Positions 8,446 through 17,213 of a stretch of DNA of 64,000 nt are shown here, piece by piece. This DNA comes from Alphaproteobacteria bacterium (GTDB taxonomy: Bacteria > Pseudomonadota > Alphaproteobacteria > Bin95): assembly GCA_963665325.3 (NCBI GenBank), contig CAXXWS020000002.1, positions 1,056,001 through 1,120,000 on the forward strand. The letters run 5' to 3'. Both the position numbers and the translations under genes were made by a program. A model generated the notes under the pieces. That model was given only the letters and a program-made list of their open reading frames with translations. It had not been told where the DNA came from and made no database searches. The stretch's first letter is position 1. Each line of letters starts with the position of its first letter.

Positions 8446-9285
8446 TTAGGCCGCACATGGCCGCGATAGGAACCGGGAGGACTTGGCTGGCCGAGGGACG
8501 AAAAAATCGCCTGTCTTGGTGTCGGGGAGATGCAAATGCCCGTCCCGGTAGTCGGACCATCTGAGCGTCAGGATTTCGCTCTTGCGACACCCGGTAAGCA
8601 GCAGCAGGCGGATGAGCGCGGCCTGTCCGGGGCAACGTGCCTCATGCGCAGTCAACCTTTCCGACAGGCGGCGGATTTCGTCGTCGGACAGGAAACGCTC
8701 CCGGCCCTTGCGGCGGTAGCGCCTGATGCCCCGGCAGGGATTGGAGCCCTCGGGCCGCAGGCCCATCCGCTCCGCCTCCCTCATGATGACGGACAGAACC
8801 GGCATGGACCTGTCCGCGGCAACCGGCGTCGCGTGCAGGCGGGCGAACCAGTTCCGTACCTCCTGCCGGTCGATGTCGGCGATCGGCCGCCCGGCGAAAT
8901 ACGGCAGCAGCTGGTTGCGAAGATAGTAGCGATTGACGGACAGCGTCCCCGGCTTCCAGAGCCGCTCGTAATGCCCGAACGTCGCCTCGGCGACGGCTTC
9001 GAAGACAGTCTCGCCGGGCGCGTGGAGCATGTCCTCGCCGCGCCGGACGGCGGCAAGCATTTCAGTAGCCGAAGCCCGCGCCTCCGTGACGTTCATGCTC
9101 CCGGCCTCGCCGACGATCCTCCAGGTCCGTTCGCCCCGATGCTGGCACTGGATGAAGAACTGCTTGCGGCCCGACGGCGACACGCGCACGCCGAACCCCC
9201 TGAGCTTGCCGTCACGGAAGTCGCGGACTGTCTTGCGCGATTTGAGCGCCCTTACGCGGGCGTCGGTGAGGATGGTTGCAGGCAT
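8446..9285 (-). pseudogene. C-terminally truncated tyrosine integrase 3
   Basis: Arm domain (DGKLRGFGVRVSPSGRKQF), LTGCR and DTKTG are present. Homology then stops at ~8509 and 20 unrelated residues follow; HxxR, LGH and the catalytic Tyr are missing. Confidence 0.85.
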
Positions 9286-9388
9286 GCCTTTTCTCCCGGC
9301 TCCGGTGGCAGCCGGGGAACAGGCAGTTGCATCCCGCTTCCCCGACCGCTATATTTTCGGGAGAAAAAAACAACACTAAGTCAGATAA

Positions 9389-9769
9389 TTAGCACCCACC
9401 GGTGCGCTCCTCGGTGTAGAACCTGACGGCGAAGTCCTGCGGATTGCGTATGGCGTTAACAGCGCGCTGGGAACGGTCGGCAGTGGAGAAACGTACGAAA
9501 ATTTCAGTGCGCTTTCCGACCTCCGAAAACATACGCATCCGAGTGTAGCGCGGCACTTCGGGATTGGTAACCTCGAAAACCCCGCAAGCGCTCAGGTCAA
9601 ACGGATGGGCCGCCCCTTCCGGAACACGCTCGCGGTTGAACCGGGCTAACTTCTCGATCAGCTGCCGGTCCTGCAGCAGGAGCGGGCCCCTTGGGCCGGC
9701 GCCCAAGATGTTTTGGTTGTCTGACGCCGGGTCTCCGGGCCCGGTGGCCGGATCGTTGGAACTGCGCAT
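9389..9769 (-). pseudogene. Degenerate 5' fragment of a monofunctional heme catalase
   Basis: DNQN..AGPRGPLLLQD..LIEKLA.FNRER.PE, FVRFST and FAVRFYTEE are present, then a stop 6 codons later. The active-site 'RVVHAKG' reads 'GAAHPFD'. Confidence 0.9.
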
Positions 9770-9849
9770 TTCTTCTTGCGCCTCCTCGCATCGATAGCGT
9801 TTCGCCGAAGCGTTGATGCGATGATTCCGCGAAGTCAGCTACAATTCCA

Positions 9850-9886
9850 ATGGAATATAATTATGAGTTCGATAAATTACTATTAT
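9850..9886. promoter_or_regulatory. OxyR-type binding site upstream of the catalase remnant
   Basis: Minus strand reads ATAA-N7-TTAT-N7-ATAA-N7-CCAT, matching the spacing of the ATAG-N7-CTAT-N7-ATAG-N7-CTAT consensus, in the most AT-rich patch noticed. Confidence 0.7.
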
Positions 9887-9892
9887 AGATAG

Positions 9893-10010
9893 ATGCTGTC
9901 TCTGCCGACTCTCATTTGGCAGTTCATGAGGTCTTGGGGACGAAATCTGTCTGGATTAGAGCAGCGGCTGAAGACATAAGACCGGACCATGCTTCGTCGA
10001 GGTTTTCGTA
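9893..10010 (+). pseudogene. Possible relic of a divergent oxyR/LysR 5' end
   Basis: ATG 6 nt after the OxyR box gives MLSLPTL..., with RAAAED in another frame, reminiscent of alphaproteobacterial OxyR starts (LPTLxQL...FGRAAE). Very short match. Confidence 0.3.
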
Positions 10011-10094
10011 CCGTAAAGCGAAGGAACTGTCCGTTGCCCCCCGCAGTCGTTCCGGCGCCCGGCGGCGTTGTCCCCGAACAAGGTGACGGCGCGT

Positions 10095-10541
10095 TCAGTC
10101 GGCCCCTCGCCAGCGGTCCCGCGCCTCGTCGTCGTCCGTGCGTGCGGCAACCCAGCGTTCGCCGTCCCGGTCTTCCTCGCGCTTCCAGAAAGGTGCCTCG
10201 GTCTTGAGCCAGTCCATCAGGAAGTTGCAGCTGTCGAAGGCGGCCTGGCGGTGGGCCGAGGCGGTGATCGTCAGCACGATGGGGTCGCCGGGCTCCAGAC
10301 GACCGTAGCGGTGGACGATCAGCGATGCCTCCAGGGGCCAGCGTCGGTGCGCTTCGGCGTCGATGCGTTCGAGCTGGCGCTCCGTCATGCCTGGATAATG
10401 CTCCAGTGTCATGGAGCGAAGGCCGCCCAGGTCGCGCACGAGGCCCACGAAACTGGCAACACCGCCGATGCGGGTGTTGCCGGCGGTGAGCTCTGCAATC
10501 TCGCGCCCGACATCGAAGGCTTCGCGCTGGACCCGGATCAT
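10095..10541 (-). CDS. moaE: Molybdopterin synthase catalytic subunit
   Basis: SFVGLVRD, LEHYPGM, HRYGRL, MDWLKTEAPFWKRE. Confidence 0.95.
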   Translation of the reverse strand: MIRVQREAFDVGREIAELTAGNTRIGGVASFVGLVRDLGGLRSMTLEHYPGMTERQLERIDAEAHRRWPLEASLIVHRYGRLEPGDPIVLTITASAHRQAAFDSCNFLMDWLKTEAPFWKREEDRDGERWVAARTDDDEARDRWRGAD

Positions 10542-10545
10542 CGCG

Positions 10546-10797
10546 TCAACCTCCGGTAACCGGGGGGAAAAAAGCCACCTCGTCGCTGGGCCCGACGGGG
10601 GTGTCGGCCTCGGCGAAGTCCTGGTTGACCGCGAAACGGACGACCGAGCGGTCGGCGAAAACATCCGCCTGCCTTTCGTCCTGCGACGCCAGCCAGTCGA
10701 TCAGCGCGCCGACGGTTGCGACGCTGGGTGGGGGTGAAACCTCATGCTCCGATATGCCGGCCTTGTCGCGTAACCAGGCGAAATAGAGGATTTTCAC
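10546..10797 (-). CDS. moaD: Molybdopterin synthase sulfur carrier
   Basis: MKILYFAWLR start and EVAFFPPVTGG C-terminus. Confidence 0.95.
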   Translation of the reverse strand: MKILYFAWLRDKAGISEHEVSPPPSVATVGALIDWLASQDERQADVFADRSVVRFAVNQDFAEADTPVGPSDEVAFFPPVTGG

Positions 10798-11306
10798 AGG
10801 CGCAACTCCAGCCGGTCGACGATGAAATCGGCGATGGCGTCCGGATCGTCAAGGTCGAGGGCCGGGAGGCCGTCCGCCCGCACCCTCTCCGCGGTTTCGC
10901 TGTCGCAGGCGACGGCAACCGTGTCGGGGTCCCCGGGCCAGAGCGGCTGGCCCGCGGCCGCCGCGCGGTGAACCACCAGCTTGGGGTGCGGCTCGCGCTT
11001 GTAGCCCTCGACCAGTACGAGGTCCACGGGCGCAAGCCTTCCCAGCAGCTCCGTCAGCGGCGGTTCGGCTTCCTCGCGCAGCTCGTGCATCAGCGCCCAG
11101 CGCCGGCCGGACGCGACCAGCACCTCCCGGGCTCCGGCCTGCCGGTGTTCCCAGGAATCCTTGCCGGGCTTGTCGACATCGAAATTGTGGTGGGCGTGCT
11201 TGACGGTCGAGACCGCGACGCCGCGTTGCAGCAGCGCCGGAATGAGCTTCAGCACGAGCGTGGTCTTGCCGCTGCCGCTCCAGCCTGCAATGCCGAGCAC
11301 TTTCAT
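10794..11306 (-). CDS. mobB: Molybdopterin-guanine dinucleotide biosynthesis protein B
   Basis: GWSGSGKTT, KHAHHNFDVDKPGKDS, LVEGYK. Confidence 0.95.
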   Translation of the reverse strand: MKVLGIAGWSGSGKTTLVLKLIPALLQRGVAVSTVKHAHHNFDVDKPGKDSWEHRQAGAREVLVASGRRWALMHELREEAEPPLTELLGRLAPVDLVLVEGYKREPHPKLVVHRAAAAGQPLWPGDPDTVAVACDSETAERVRADGLPALDLDDPDAIADFIVDRLELRL

Positions 11307-11830
11307 CCGGCCGCGCCCAGCGCCTTGCGGACATAGCCTGCGCCCGTCCAGAGCGTGAGCAGGGCGACGACCCAGAGCAGGACGACACCGACCCCGTGCG
11401 TCGCCGGTGGCAGTCCGGGGCTCGCGATCAGCAGGGTCAGCGCCGCCATCTGCGCCGCCGACTTGTATTTCGCGATGCGGGTAACCGGCAGCGCGCCGCT
11501 GCCGGCCGTCTCGCGCAGGCCGGACACGATAAATTCGCGCGCGAGGATCAGCACGGCCGCCAGCGTGCCCCAGACCCCGAGGCCGCCCAGGCCGGCCAGC
11601 AGCAGCGCCGTCCCGTTCACCAGCACCTTGTCCGCGATCGGGTCGACCATGGCCCCGAAGGCGGTCACCTTTCCCTGCTGTCGGGCGAGGTAGCCGTCGA
11701 AGAAGTCCGTTGCGGCTGCGGCGACGAACAGGGCCGCCGCCCACCAGCTCTCACCCGTCGCGAGCAGCAACGCAAGCGGCAGCAAAGCCGCTATTCTCGA
11801 CAGACTGAGCAGGTTCGGCAGGTCGAGCAT
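11303..11830 (-). CDS. pgsA: CDP-diacylglycerol--glycerol-3-phosphate phosphatidyltransferase
   Basis: PNLLSLSRI and TDFFDGYLAR...GAMVDPIADK signature; usual position before mobB/moaD. Confidence 0.9.
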   Translation of the reverse strand: MLDLPNLLSLSRIAALLPLALLLATGESWWAAALFVAAAATDFFDGYLARQQGKVTAFGAMVDPIADKVLVNGTALLLAGLGGLGVWGTLAAVLILAREFIVSGLRETAGSGALPVTRIAKYKSAAQMAALTLLIASPGLPPATHGVGVVLLWVVALLTLWTGAGYVRKALGAAG

Positions 11831-11916
11831 GGCCCCGAATTCGCTATCCGAACTGGGCCGGCAGTATGCGGCGGGGACCGTGTTCCGCGCAAGGCGGCCT
11901 GGTCTTTTCTGAGCGG

Positions 11917-12927
11917 CTACAGATAAGGAATTACATCCCGACCGAAGCGCTCGATGGCCGTCACGATCTCGCGGTGCGGCGGCCCGCCGGAATGGGCGTG
12001 CCGGAGCCTGAGGATGAAGCTCGACACGCCGAGGGCCTCGGACCAGCGCTTGAACTCGGCGATACAGGCTTCAGGCGCGCCGGCGATGATCCGGTCCTTC
12101 CAGACGTTTTCGAACCGGAGCTCGGCTTCCGAAGCGAAGCCGCGAAAGGCGGTGGCGCCGTTCCGCCAGTAGTAACGATAGGCGTCCGAGACTTCGGGGC
12201 CGTAGATGCGGGCGGCTTCCTCGAAGCTGTCCGCCACCCAGGCGTCGCGCATGAGCACGAGTTGGGGCGCCCTTCCGGCGGCTTCCGCTGCGGCGCGGTA
12301 GCGGTCTGCCAGCGCCCGGTTTTCGTCCAGCGTGAAGGAAGGCCCAAGCACCAGAGCGTCGCCCAGCCGTCCGGCGCGCTCGACGGCGGCCGGAACCCAG
12401 CCGCCGACCCAGATCGGGATGCCGGGCTGCTGCAGGGGCGCCGGTGTCACCCGCACGCCGTCGATCTCGAAGGCCCGGCCCTTGTGGTCGATCGGCCCGC
12501 CGGTCCAGGCCTGGCGCAGGATTTCCACGGATTCCTCGAAGCGGGGGACACGCTCGCGCCTGTCGATGCCGGCTGCGCGGAAGTCCGCCTCCTGGTAGCC
12601 GAGGCCGACGCCCAGCACGGTGCGTCCGCCGGAAACGATGTCGAGCGTCGCGGCGTCCTCGGCGACCCGAATGGGGTGATGCAGCGGCAGAAGCAGCACA
12701 GCGGTGCCGACGCGGATGCGGCTGGTGCGGGCCGCAATGGCCGCCAGAACCACGAAAGGCGACGGCAGGAAGCCGTCCTTGTCCTGATGGTGCTCGCCGA
12801 CGAAGAAACCCGAGAAGCCCGCCGCTTCCGCTGCCTCCGCCTCCCGAACGGCCTCCGCCATGCAGCGGTCGAGGCCGTCTCCGTGCGGCGGATTGGCAAC
12901 GGAACTGTAAATGGCGAGGTCGATCAT
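11917..12927 (-). CDS. Luciferase-like (LLM) flavin-dependent oxidoreductase
   Basis: GEHH, AARTSRIRVGTAV, HPIRVAEDAATLDIVSGGR, GVGLGY. Confidence 0.9.
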   Translation of the reverse strand: MIDLAIYSSVANPPHGDGLDRCMAEAVREAEAAEAAGFSGFFVGEHHQDKDGFLPSPFVVLAAIAARTSRIRVGTAVLLLPLHHPIRVAEDAATLDIVSGGRTVLGVGLGYQEADFRAAGIDRRERVPRFEESVEILRQAWTGGPIDHKGRAFEIDGVRVTPAPLQQPGIPIWVGGWVPAAVERAGRLGDALVLGPSFTLDENRALADRYRAAAEAAGRAPQLVLMRDAWVADSFEEAARIYGPEVSDAYRYYWRNGATAFRGFASEAELRFENVWKDRIIAGAPEACIAEFKRWSEALGVSSFILRLRHAHSGGPPHREIVTAIERFGRDVIPYL

Positions 12928-13065
12928 TCGGGCGTTCCACCGAAATTCCGTGCTGGAGGAGGGCGCCGGAGAGGGAAGCACGAATCGGATCGCCCGGCCA
13001 CAAGGCCGCGAGGCCGAACCGCATTGGATTGACCCGGCCGGCGCATCGTGTTTCCTTGCCGCATC

Positions 13066-13389
13066 ATGTCTACACGCGGCGAAGTGCAACGATTGTTGAG
13101 GCTGGCGGTGGGGCCGGTGGCGGCTGCGTGTGTTGCGTTTTACTTCGGTTATCATGCCCTGGTGGGAGAACGCGGTGCGCTATCGCTGATCGAGACCGAG
13201 CGCCGCATCACCGAGGTGCAGGCCCAGCACGATGTGCTGAGCGCGCATCGCCAGCGGCTTGAATTGCGCGCCGCCCAGCTTAAGCAGGACCCGGCCGATG
13301 CCGACCTGCTCGACGAGTATGTCCGCGCCCTGCTGCATGTCGGGCGGCCGGACGAGATCGTCATTCTGCTGGATGCGGACGCAGGGTAA
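13066..13389 (+). CDS. ftsB: Septum formation initiator (FtsB/DivIC family)
   Basis: TM segment, YFGYHALVGERG, coiled coil, DLLDE..R, RPDEIVI; precedes pdhA. Confidence 0.85.
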   Translation: MSTRGEVQRLLRLAVGPVAAACVAFYFGYHALVGERGALSLIETERRITEVQAQHDVLSAHRQRLELRAAQLKQDPADADLLDEYVRALLHVGRPDEIVILLDADAG

Positions 13390-13418
13390 ACGGGTTCCCA
13401 GGAACACGGAGGCCGGAC

Positions 13419-14456
13419 ATGAGCAGGCAGTCCTCGAAGAAGCGGGGCGGCGCGTCCGCGAAGGGGAACGGACGTGCCGCGGCAAACGGCGCCGTTCCCG
13501 ACTCCGACCGGTTGCTGCGCTGGTACCGGGACATGCTGCTGATCCGCCGCTTTGAGGAGCGGGCGGGTCAGATGTACGGCATGGGCCTGATCGGCGGGTT
13601 CTGCCACCTCTATATCGGCCAGGAGGCGGTGGTCGTCGGTATCCAGGCCTGCCTCGGCGAACGGGACTCTGTGGTCACCGGCTACCGGGATCACGGCCAC
13701 ATGCTGGCGGCGGGCATGGATGCGCGTGGCGTCATGGCGGAACTCACGGGCCGCGAGGGCGGCTATTCGCGCGGCAAGGGCGGCTCCATGCACATGTTCT
13801 CGCGGGAGAAGAACTTCTTCGGCGGACACGGCATCGTCGCGGCACAGGTGCCCCTTGGCGTCGGTCTGGGCTTCTCGCACCGCTACAAGGGCGAGGACGG
13901 CGTGTCGGTCGTCTATTTCGGCGACGGGGCGGCGAACCAGGGACAGGTCTATGAGTCGCTGAACCTTGCGGCGCTGTGGGAACTGCCGGTGCTGTTTGTC
14001 ATCGAGAACAACAAATACGGGATGGGCACTTCGGTATCTCGCGCCGCGGCCGGCTCCGGCCTCCATGCGCGCGGCGGCGGCTTCGGGATACCCGGCAGGC
14101 TTGTGGACGGCATGGACGTCCGCGCCGTGTACGAGGCGGCAGGCGAGGCGGTGGCCGAGGCGCGCGGCGGCAAGCCGGCCATTCTGGAGATGGAGACCTA
14201 TCGCTATCGCGGGCATTCCATGTCCGATCCAGCGAAATACCGCACGCGCGAAGAGGTGAACCGGATGCGCCGCGACCGCGACCCCATCGAGCGGCTGCGG
14301 CATGTGCTGGAGAGCGAAGGCCATGCCGACGCCGACGCGCTGAAGGCAATCGACGGCGAGATCAGGGAAATTGTCGCCGACGCCGCGCAATTCGCCGAGC
14401 AGAGCCCCGAGCCGGACCCCTCGGAACTCTATACAGACGTCCTTCTGGAGGCGTGA
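13419..14456 (+). CDS. pdhA: Pyruvate dehydrogenase E1 alpha
   Basis: [40 protein letters not shown]. Confidence 0.97.
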   Translation: MSRQSSKKRGGASAKGNGRAAANGAVPDSDRLLRWYRDMLLIRRFEERAGQMYGMGLIGGFCHLYIGQEAVVVGIQACLGERDSVVTGYRDHGHMLAAGMDARGVMAELTGREGGYSRGKGGSMHMFSREKNFFGGHGIVAAQVPLGVGLGFSHRYKGEDGVSVVYFGDGAANQGQVYESLNLAALWELPVLFVIENNKYGMGTSVSRAAAGSGLHARGGGFGIPGRLVDGMDVRAVYEAAGEAVAEARGGKPAILEMETYRYRGHSMSDPAKYRTREEVNRMRRDRDPIERLRHVLESEGHADADALKAIDGEIREIVADAAQFAEQSPEPDPSELYTDVLLEA

Positions 14457-14460
14457 CGCG

Positions 14461-15816
14461 ATGCCAGTCGCCGTAACCATGCCGGCATTGTCGCCGACCA
14501 TGACGGAAGGGACGCTTGCCAAGTGGCTCGTCGCCGAGGGCGACCGGGTCAGCCCGGGCGATGTGATCGCCGAGATCGAGACCGACAAGGCGACCATGGA
14601 AGTCGAGGCGGTAGATGAAGGAGTCGTCGCAAGCCTCGTCGTCCCCGAAGGCACCGAAGGCATTGAGGTGAATTCCACGATCCTGTGGCTGAATGCGGAG
14701 GGCGAAAGCGCGGGAGCCGTGCCGGTTGCAGAGACGCCCCGCCCGATTGCAAAGGCGCCTCCTCCGGCTCCGGCTGAGCCGAGGCGGGAAGCGTCGAAAC
14801 CGGAGCCCGCGCCTGAGCTGGATTACCGGGGCGAGACGGCCGAGATCACCGTTCGCGAGGCGCTCCGGGACGCCATGGCAGAGGAGATGCGCCGCGACGA
14901 GACGGTGTTCGTCATGGGCGAGGAAGTCGCGGAATATGAAGGCGCCTACAAGGTCACGCAGGGCTTGCTCGCCGAGTTCGGGCCCCGGCGCGTCCGCGAT
15001 ACCCCCATCACCGAACACGGCTTCGCCGGGCTGGGTGTTGGGGCGGCTTTCGGCGGCCTGCGCCCCGTGGTCGAATTCATGACCTTCAACTTTGCGATGC
15101 AGGCCGTCGACCAGATCGTCAACTCTGCCGCCAAGACGCTCTACATGTCCGGCGGCCAGATGGGCTGCCCGATCGTGTTCCGGGGGCCGAACGGAGCGGC
15201 GGCGCGTGTCGCAGCGCAGCATTCGCAATGCTATGCCAGCTGGTACGCGCATATACCGGGTCTGGTGGTGGTGTCGCCGTTTTCCGCGGCGGATGCGAAA
15301 GGCCTGCTCAAGACGGCGATCCGGAACCCGAATCCGGTCATCTTCCTCGAGAACGAGATTCTTTACGGCCAACGCGGCGCGGTGCCGACCGACCCGGACT
15401 ACACCGTGCCCATCGGACGCGCAAAGGTGCTGCGCCCCGGCCGGGATGTCACCATCGTGGCCTTCTCGCGGATGTGCGCCGTCGCCTTGGAAGCGGCGGA
15501 CGTGCTGGCCGGAGAGGGCATCGACGCCGAGGTTGTCGACCTTCGCACGCTGCGCCCGCTGGACCGGGAGACGATCGCGTCCTCGATCCGCAAAACGAAC
15601 CGCATCGTTTCCGTGGAGGAGGGCTGGCCCGTCGCCGGCATCGGTTCGGAGATTGCGGCGATTGCCATGGAGGACGCATTCGACTGGCTGGACGCTCCCG
15701 TGGCGCGGGTTGCCGGGGAGGATGTGCCGATGCCCTATGCCGCAAATCTCGAAGCGCTGGCCCTGCCGGATGCGGCCCGCATCGCCGCCGCGGCACGCGC
15801 CGTCTGCTACGCCTGA
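14461..15816 (+). CDS. pdhB: Pyruvate dehydrogenase E1 beta with N-terminal lipoyl domain
   Basis: ETDKA lipoyl motif, [26 protein letters not shown]. Confidence 0.97.
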   Translation: MPVAVTMPALSPTMTEGTLAKWLVAEGDRVSPGDVIAEIETDKATMEVEAVDEGVVASLVVPEGTEGIEVNSTILWLNAEGESAGAVPVAETPRPIAKAPPPAPAEPRREASKPEPAPELDYRGETAEITVREALRDAMAEEMRRDETVFVMGEEVAEYEGAYKVTQGLLAEFGPRRVRDTPITEHGFAGLGVGAAFGGLRPVVEFMTFNFAMQAVDQIVNSAAKTLYMSGGQMGCPIVFRGPNGAAARVAAQHSQCYASWYAHIPGLVVVSPFSAADAKGLLKTAIRNPNPVIFLENEILYGQRGAVPTDPDYTVPIGRAKVLRPGRDVTIVAFSRMCAVALEAADVLAGEGIDAEVVDLRTLRPLDRETIASSIRKTNRIVSVEEGWPVAGIGSEIAAIAMEDAFDWLDAPVARVAGEDVPMPYAANLEALALPDAARIAAAARAVCYA

Positions 15817-15830
15817 AGGGAACGCCCGGG

Positions 15831-17195
15831 ATGGCGACCGAGATCCTGATGCCGGCCCTGTCGCCGACGATGACGGAAGGCAATCTCGTCAAATGGCTGG
15901 TAGGCCAAGGCGACAAGGTGGAGCCCGGCGACGTGATCGCCGAGATCGAGACGGACAAGGCGACGATGGAGGTCGAGGCGGTCGACGAGGGAATCGTCGG
16001 CCGCATCGTGGTGCCAGAGGGCAGCGAGGGCGTTGCCGTCAATGCGGTGATCGCGGTTCTCGTGGAAGATGGCGAGGAGTTAGGCGAGACGCCGGTCGAA
16101 GCTCCGGCCGCACCGGTTGTCCCGCCGCCCGACGCGGAGCCGGCTGCGGCGCCGCCGGATCGGGAGGCAAAGGCGACGCCGCTCGCCCGCCGCATGGCCG
16201 CTCTCGCCGGCATCGACCTCGCGACGCTCACCGGCAGCGGCGCGCATGGCCGGATCACGCGCGACGATGTGCGCCGCGCATCGGGTCGGGTGGCTCCCGC
16301 CGAGGTCGATGAGGGGCGCGGGCGCATTTTCGCCAGCCCGCTGGCGCGGCGGATGGCAGGTGAGGCCGAGCTGCCGCTGGAAGGGGTTGCCGGCAGCGGT
16401 CCCGAGGGCCGGATCGTCAAGCGGGATATCGAGCGCGAACTGCGGCAGGGCGCGCTCCCGGCCCAGCCGCCGGCGACGCCCGTGGAACTGGAGCAACTGC
16501 CCGGTCTGCCGCCTTTCGAGCGCATCAAGCACACGAACATGCGCAAGGTCATCGCGCGCCGGTTAACCGAGTCCAAGCAGACGGTCCCGCACTTCTATCT
16601 CTCGCTGGATTGCGAGATCGACGCGCTGCTGGAAGCGCGGCGGGAGATCAATGCCCGGGCGCCGGAAGGCGTCAAGGTCTCGGTCAACGATTTCGTTATC
16701 AAGGCGCTCGCCACTGCGCTTTGCCGCGTGCCGGACGCCAATGCCGCGTGGACCGAGGACGGCCTGCTCAAATTCCAGCAGGTCGATGTCTCGGTGGCCG
16801 TCGCCGTGCCGAACGGGTTGGTAACGCCGGTCGTGCGCCAGGCGGAGTCGAAGGGACTCGCGGCAATTTCCACCGAGATGGCGGACTTCGCTGCCCGCGC
16901 GCGGGACGGAAAGCTGTTGCCCGAGGAATATCAGGGCGGCACGACCAGCATCTCCAATCTCGGCATGTTCGGAATCCGCCAGTTCGACGCGGTCATCAAC
17001 CCGCCGCAGGGGACAATCCTGGCGGTCGGTGCGGGAGAACAGCGCCCGGTCGTAAAGGACGGCTCGCTGACGGTCGCGACGGTGATGACCTGCACGCTTT
17101 CCTGCGACCACCGTGCGGTGGACGGCGCGCTCGGCGCCCGTCTGCTCGGCCAGTTCAAGGCGCTGGTCGAATGTCCGGCAGCGATGCTGCTGTAG
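15831..17195 (+). CDS. pdhC: Dihydrolipoamide acetyltransferase E2 (two subunit-binding domains)
   Basis: ETDKA lipoyl domain, PLARR twice, ISNLGMFG, catalytic DHRAVDG. Confidence 0.95.
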   Translation: MATEILMPALSPTMTEGNLVKWLVGQGDKVEPGDVIAEIETDKATMEVEAVDEGIVGRIVVPEGSEGVAVNAVIAVLVEDGEELGETPVEAPAAPVVPPPDAEPAAAPPDREAKATPLARRMAALAGIDLATLTGSGAHGRITRDDVRRASGRVAPAEVDEGRGRIFASPLARRMAGEAELPLEGVAGSGPEGRIVKRDIERELRQGALPAQPPATPVELEQLPGLPPFERIKHTNMRKVIARRLTESKQTVPHFYLSLDCEIDALLEARREINARAPEGVKVSVNDFVIKALATALCRVPDANAAWTEDGLLKFQQVDVSVAVAVPNGLVTPVVRQAESKGLAAISTEMADFAARARDGKLLPEEYQGGTTSISNLGMFGIRQFDAVINPPQGTILAVGAGEQRPVVKDGSLTVATVMTCTLSCDHRAVDGALGARLLGQFKALVECPAAMLL

Positions 17196-17213
17196 CCTGC
17201 CCGGAGTAAGGCA

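Larger units (their letters stand above)
1..9400. mobile_element. Right part of an integrative (ICE/IME-like) element or nested elements; continues beyond the left window edge
   Basis: Contains three tyrosine integrase genes, ssb, DUF4326, HU, a HicAB module and small hypothetical genes. Ends exactly where catalase homology stops (~9401-9407). Core genes resume at 10095. Confidence 0.8.

Noticed and set aside
5945-8449. 834-aa plus-strand ORF, and similar long ORFs at 1890-3740, 16563-18719, 32575-34392, 43825-45873, 46216-48003 and 56404-58431
   Set aside because: They lie antisense to well-supported genes and have no recognisable motifs. Such shadow frames are expected at this GC content.
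5876-9285. RIT (recombinase-in-trio) element
   Set aside because: All three genes are arm-domain P4-like integrases rather than RitA/B/C types. The third is truncated and separated by a non-coding gap, and I saw no flanking RIT-type inverted repeats.
14461-16070. Near-identical 5' ends of pdhB and pdhC, and a lipoyl domain on E1 beta
   Set aside because: This is a known, ordinary alphaproteobacterial PDH architecture.
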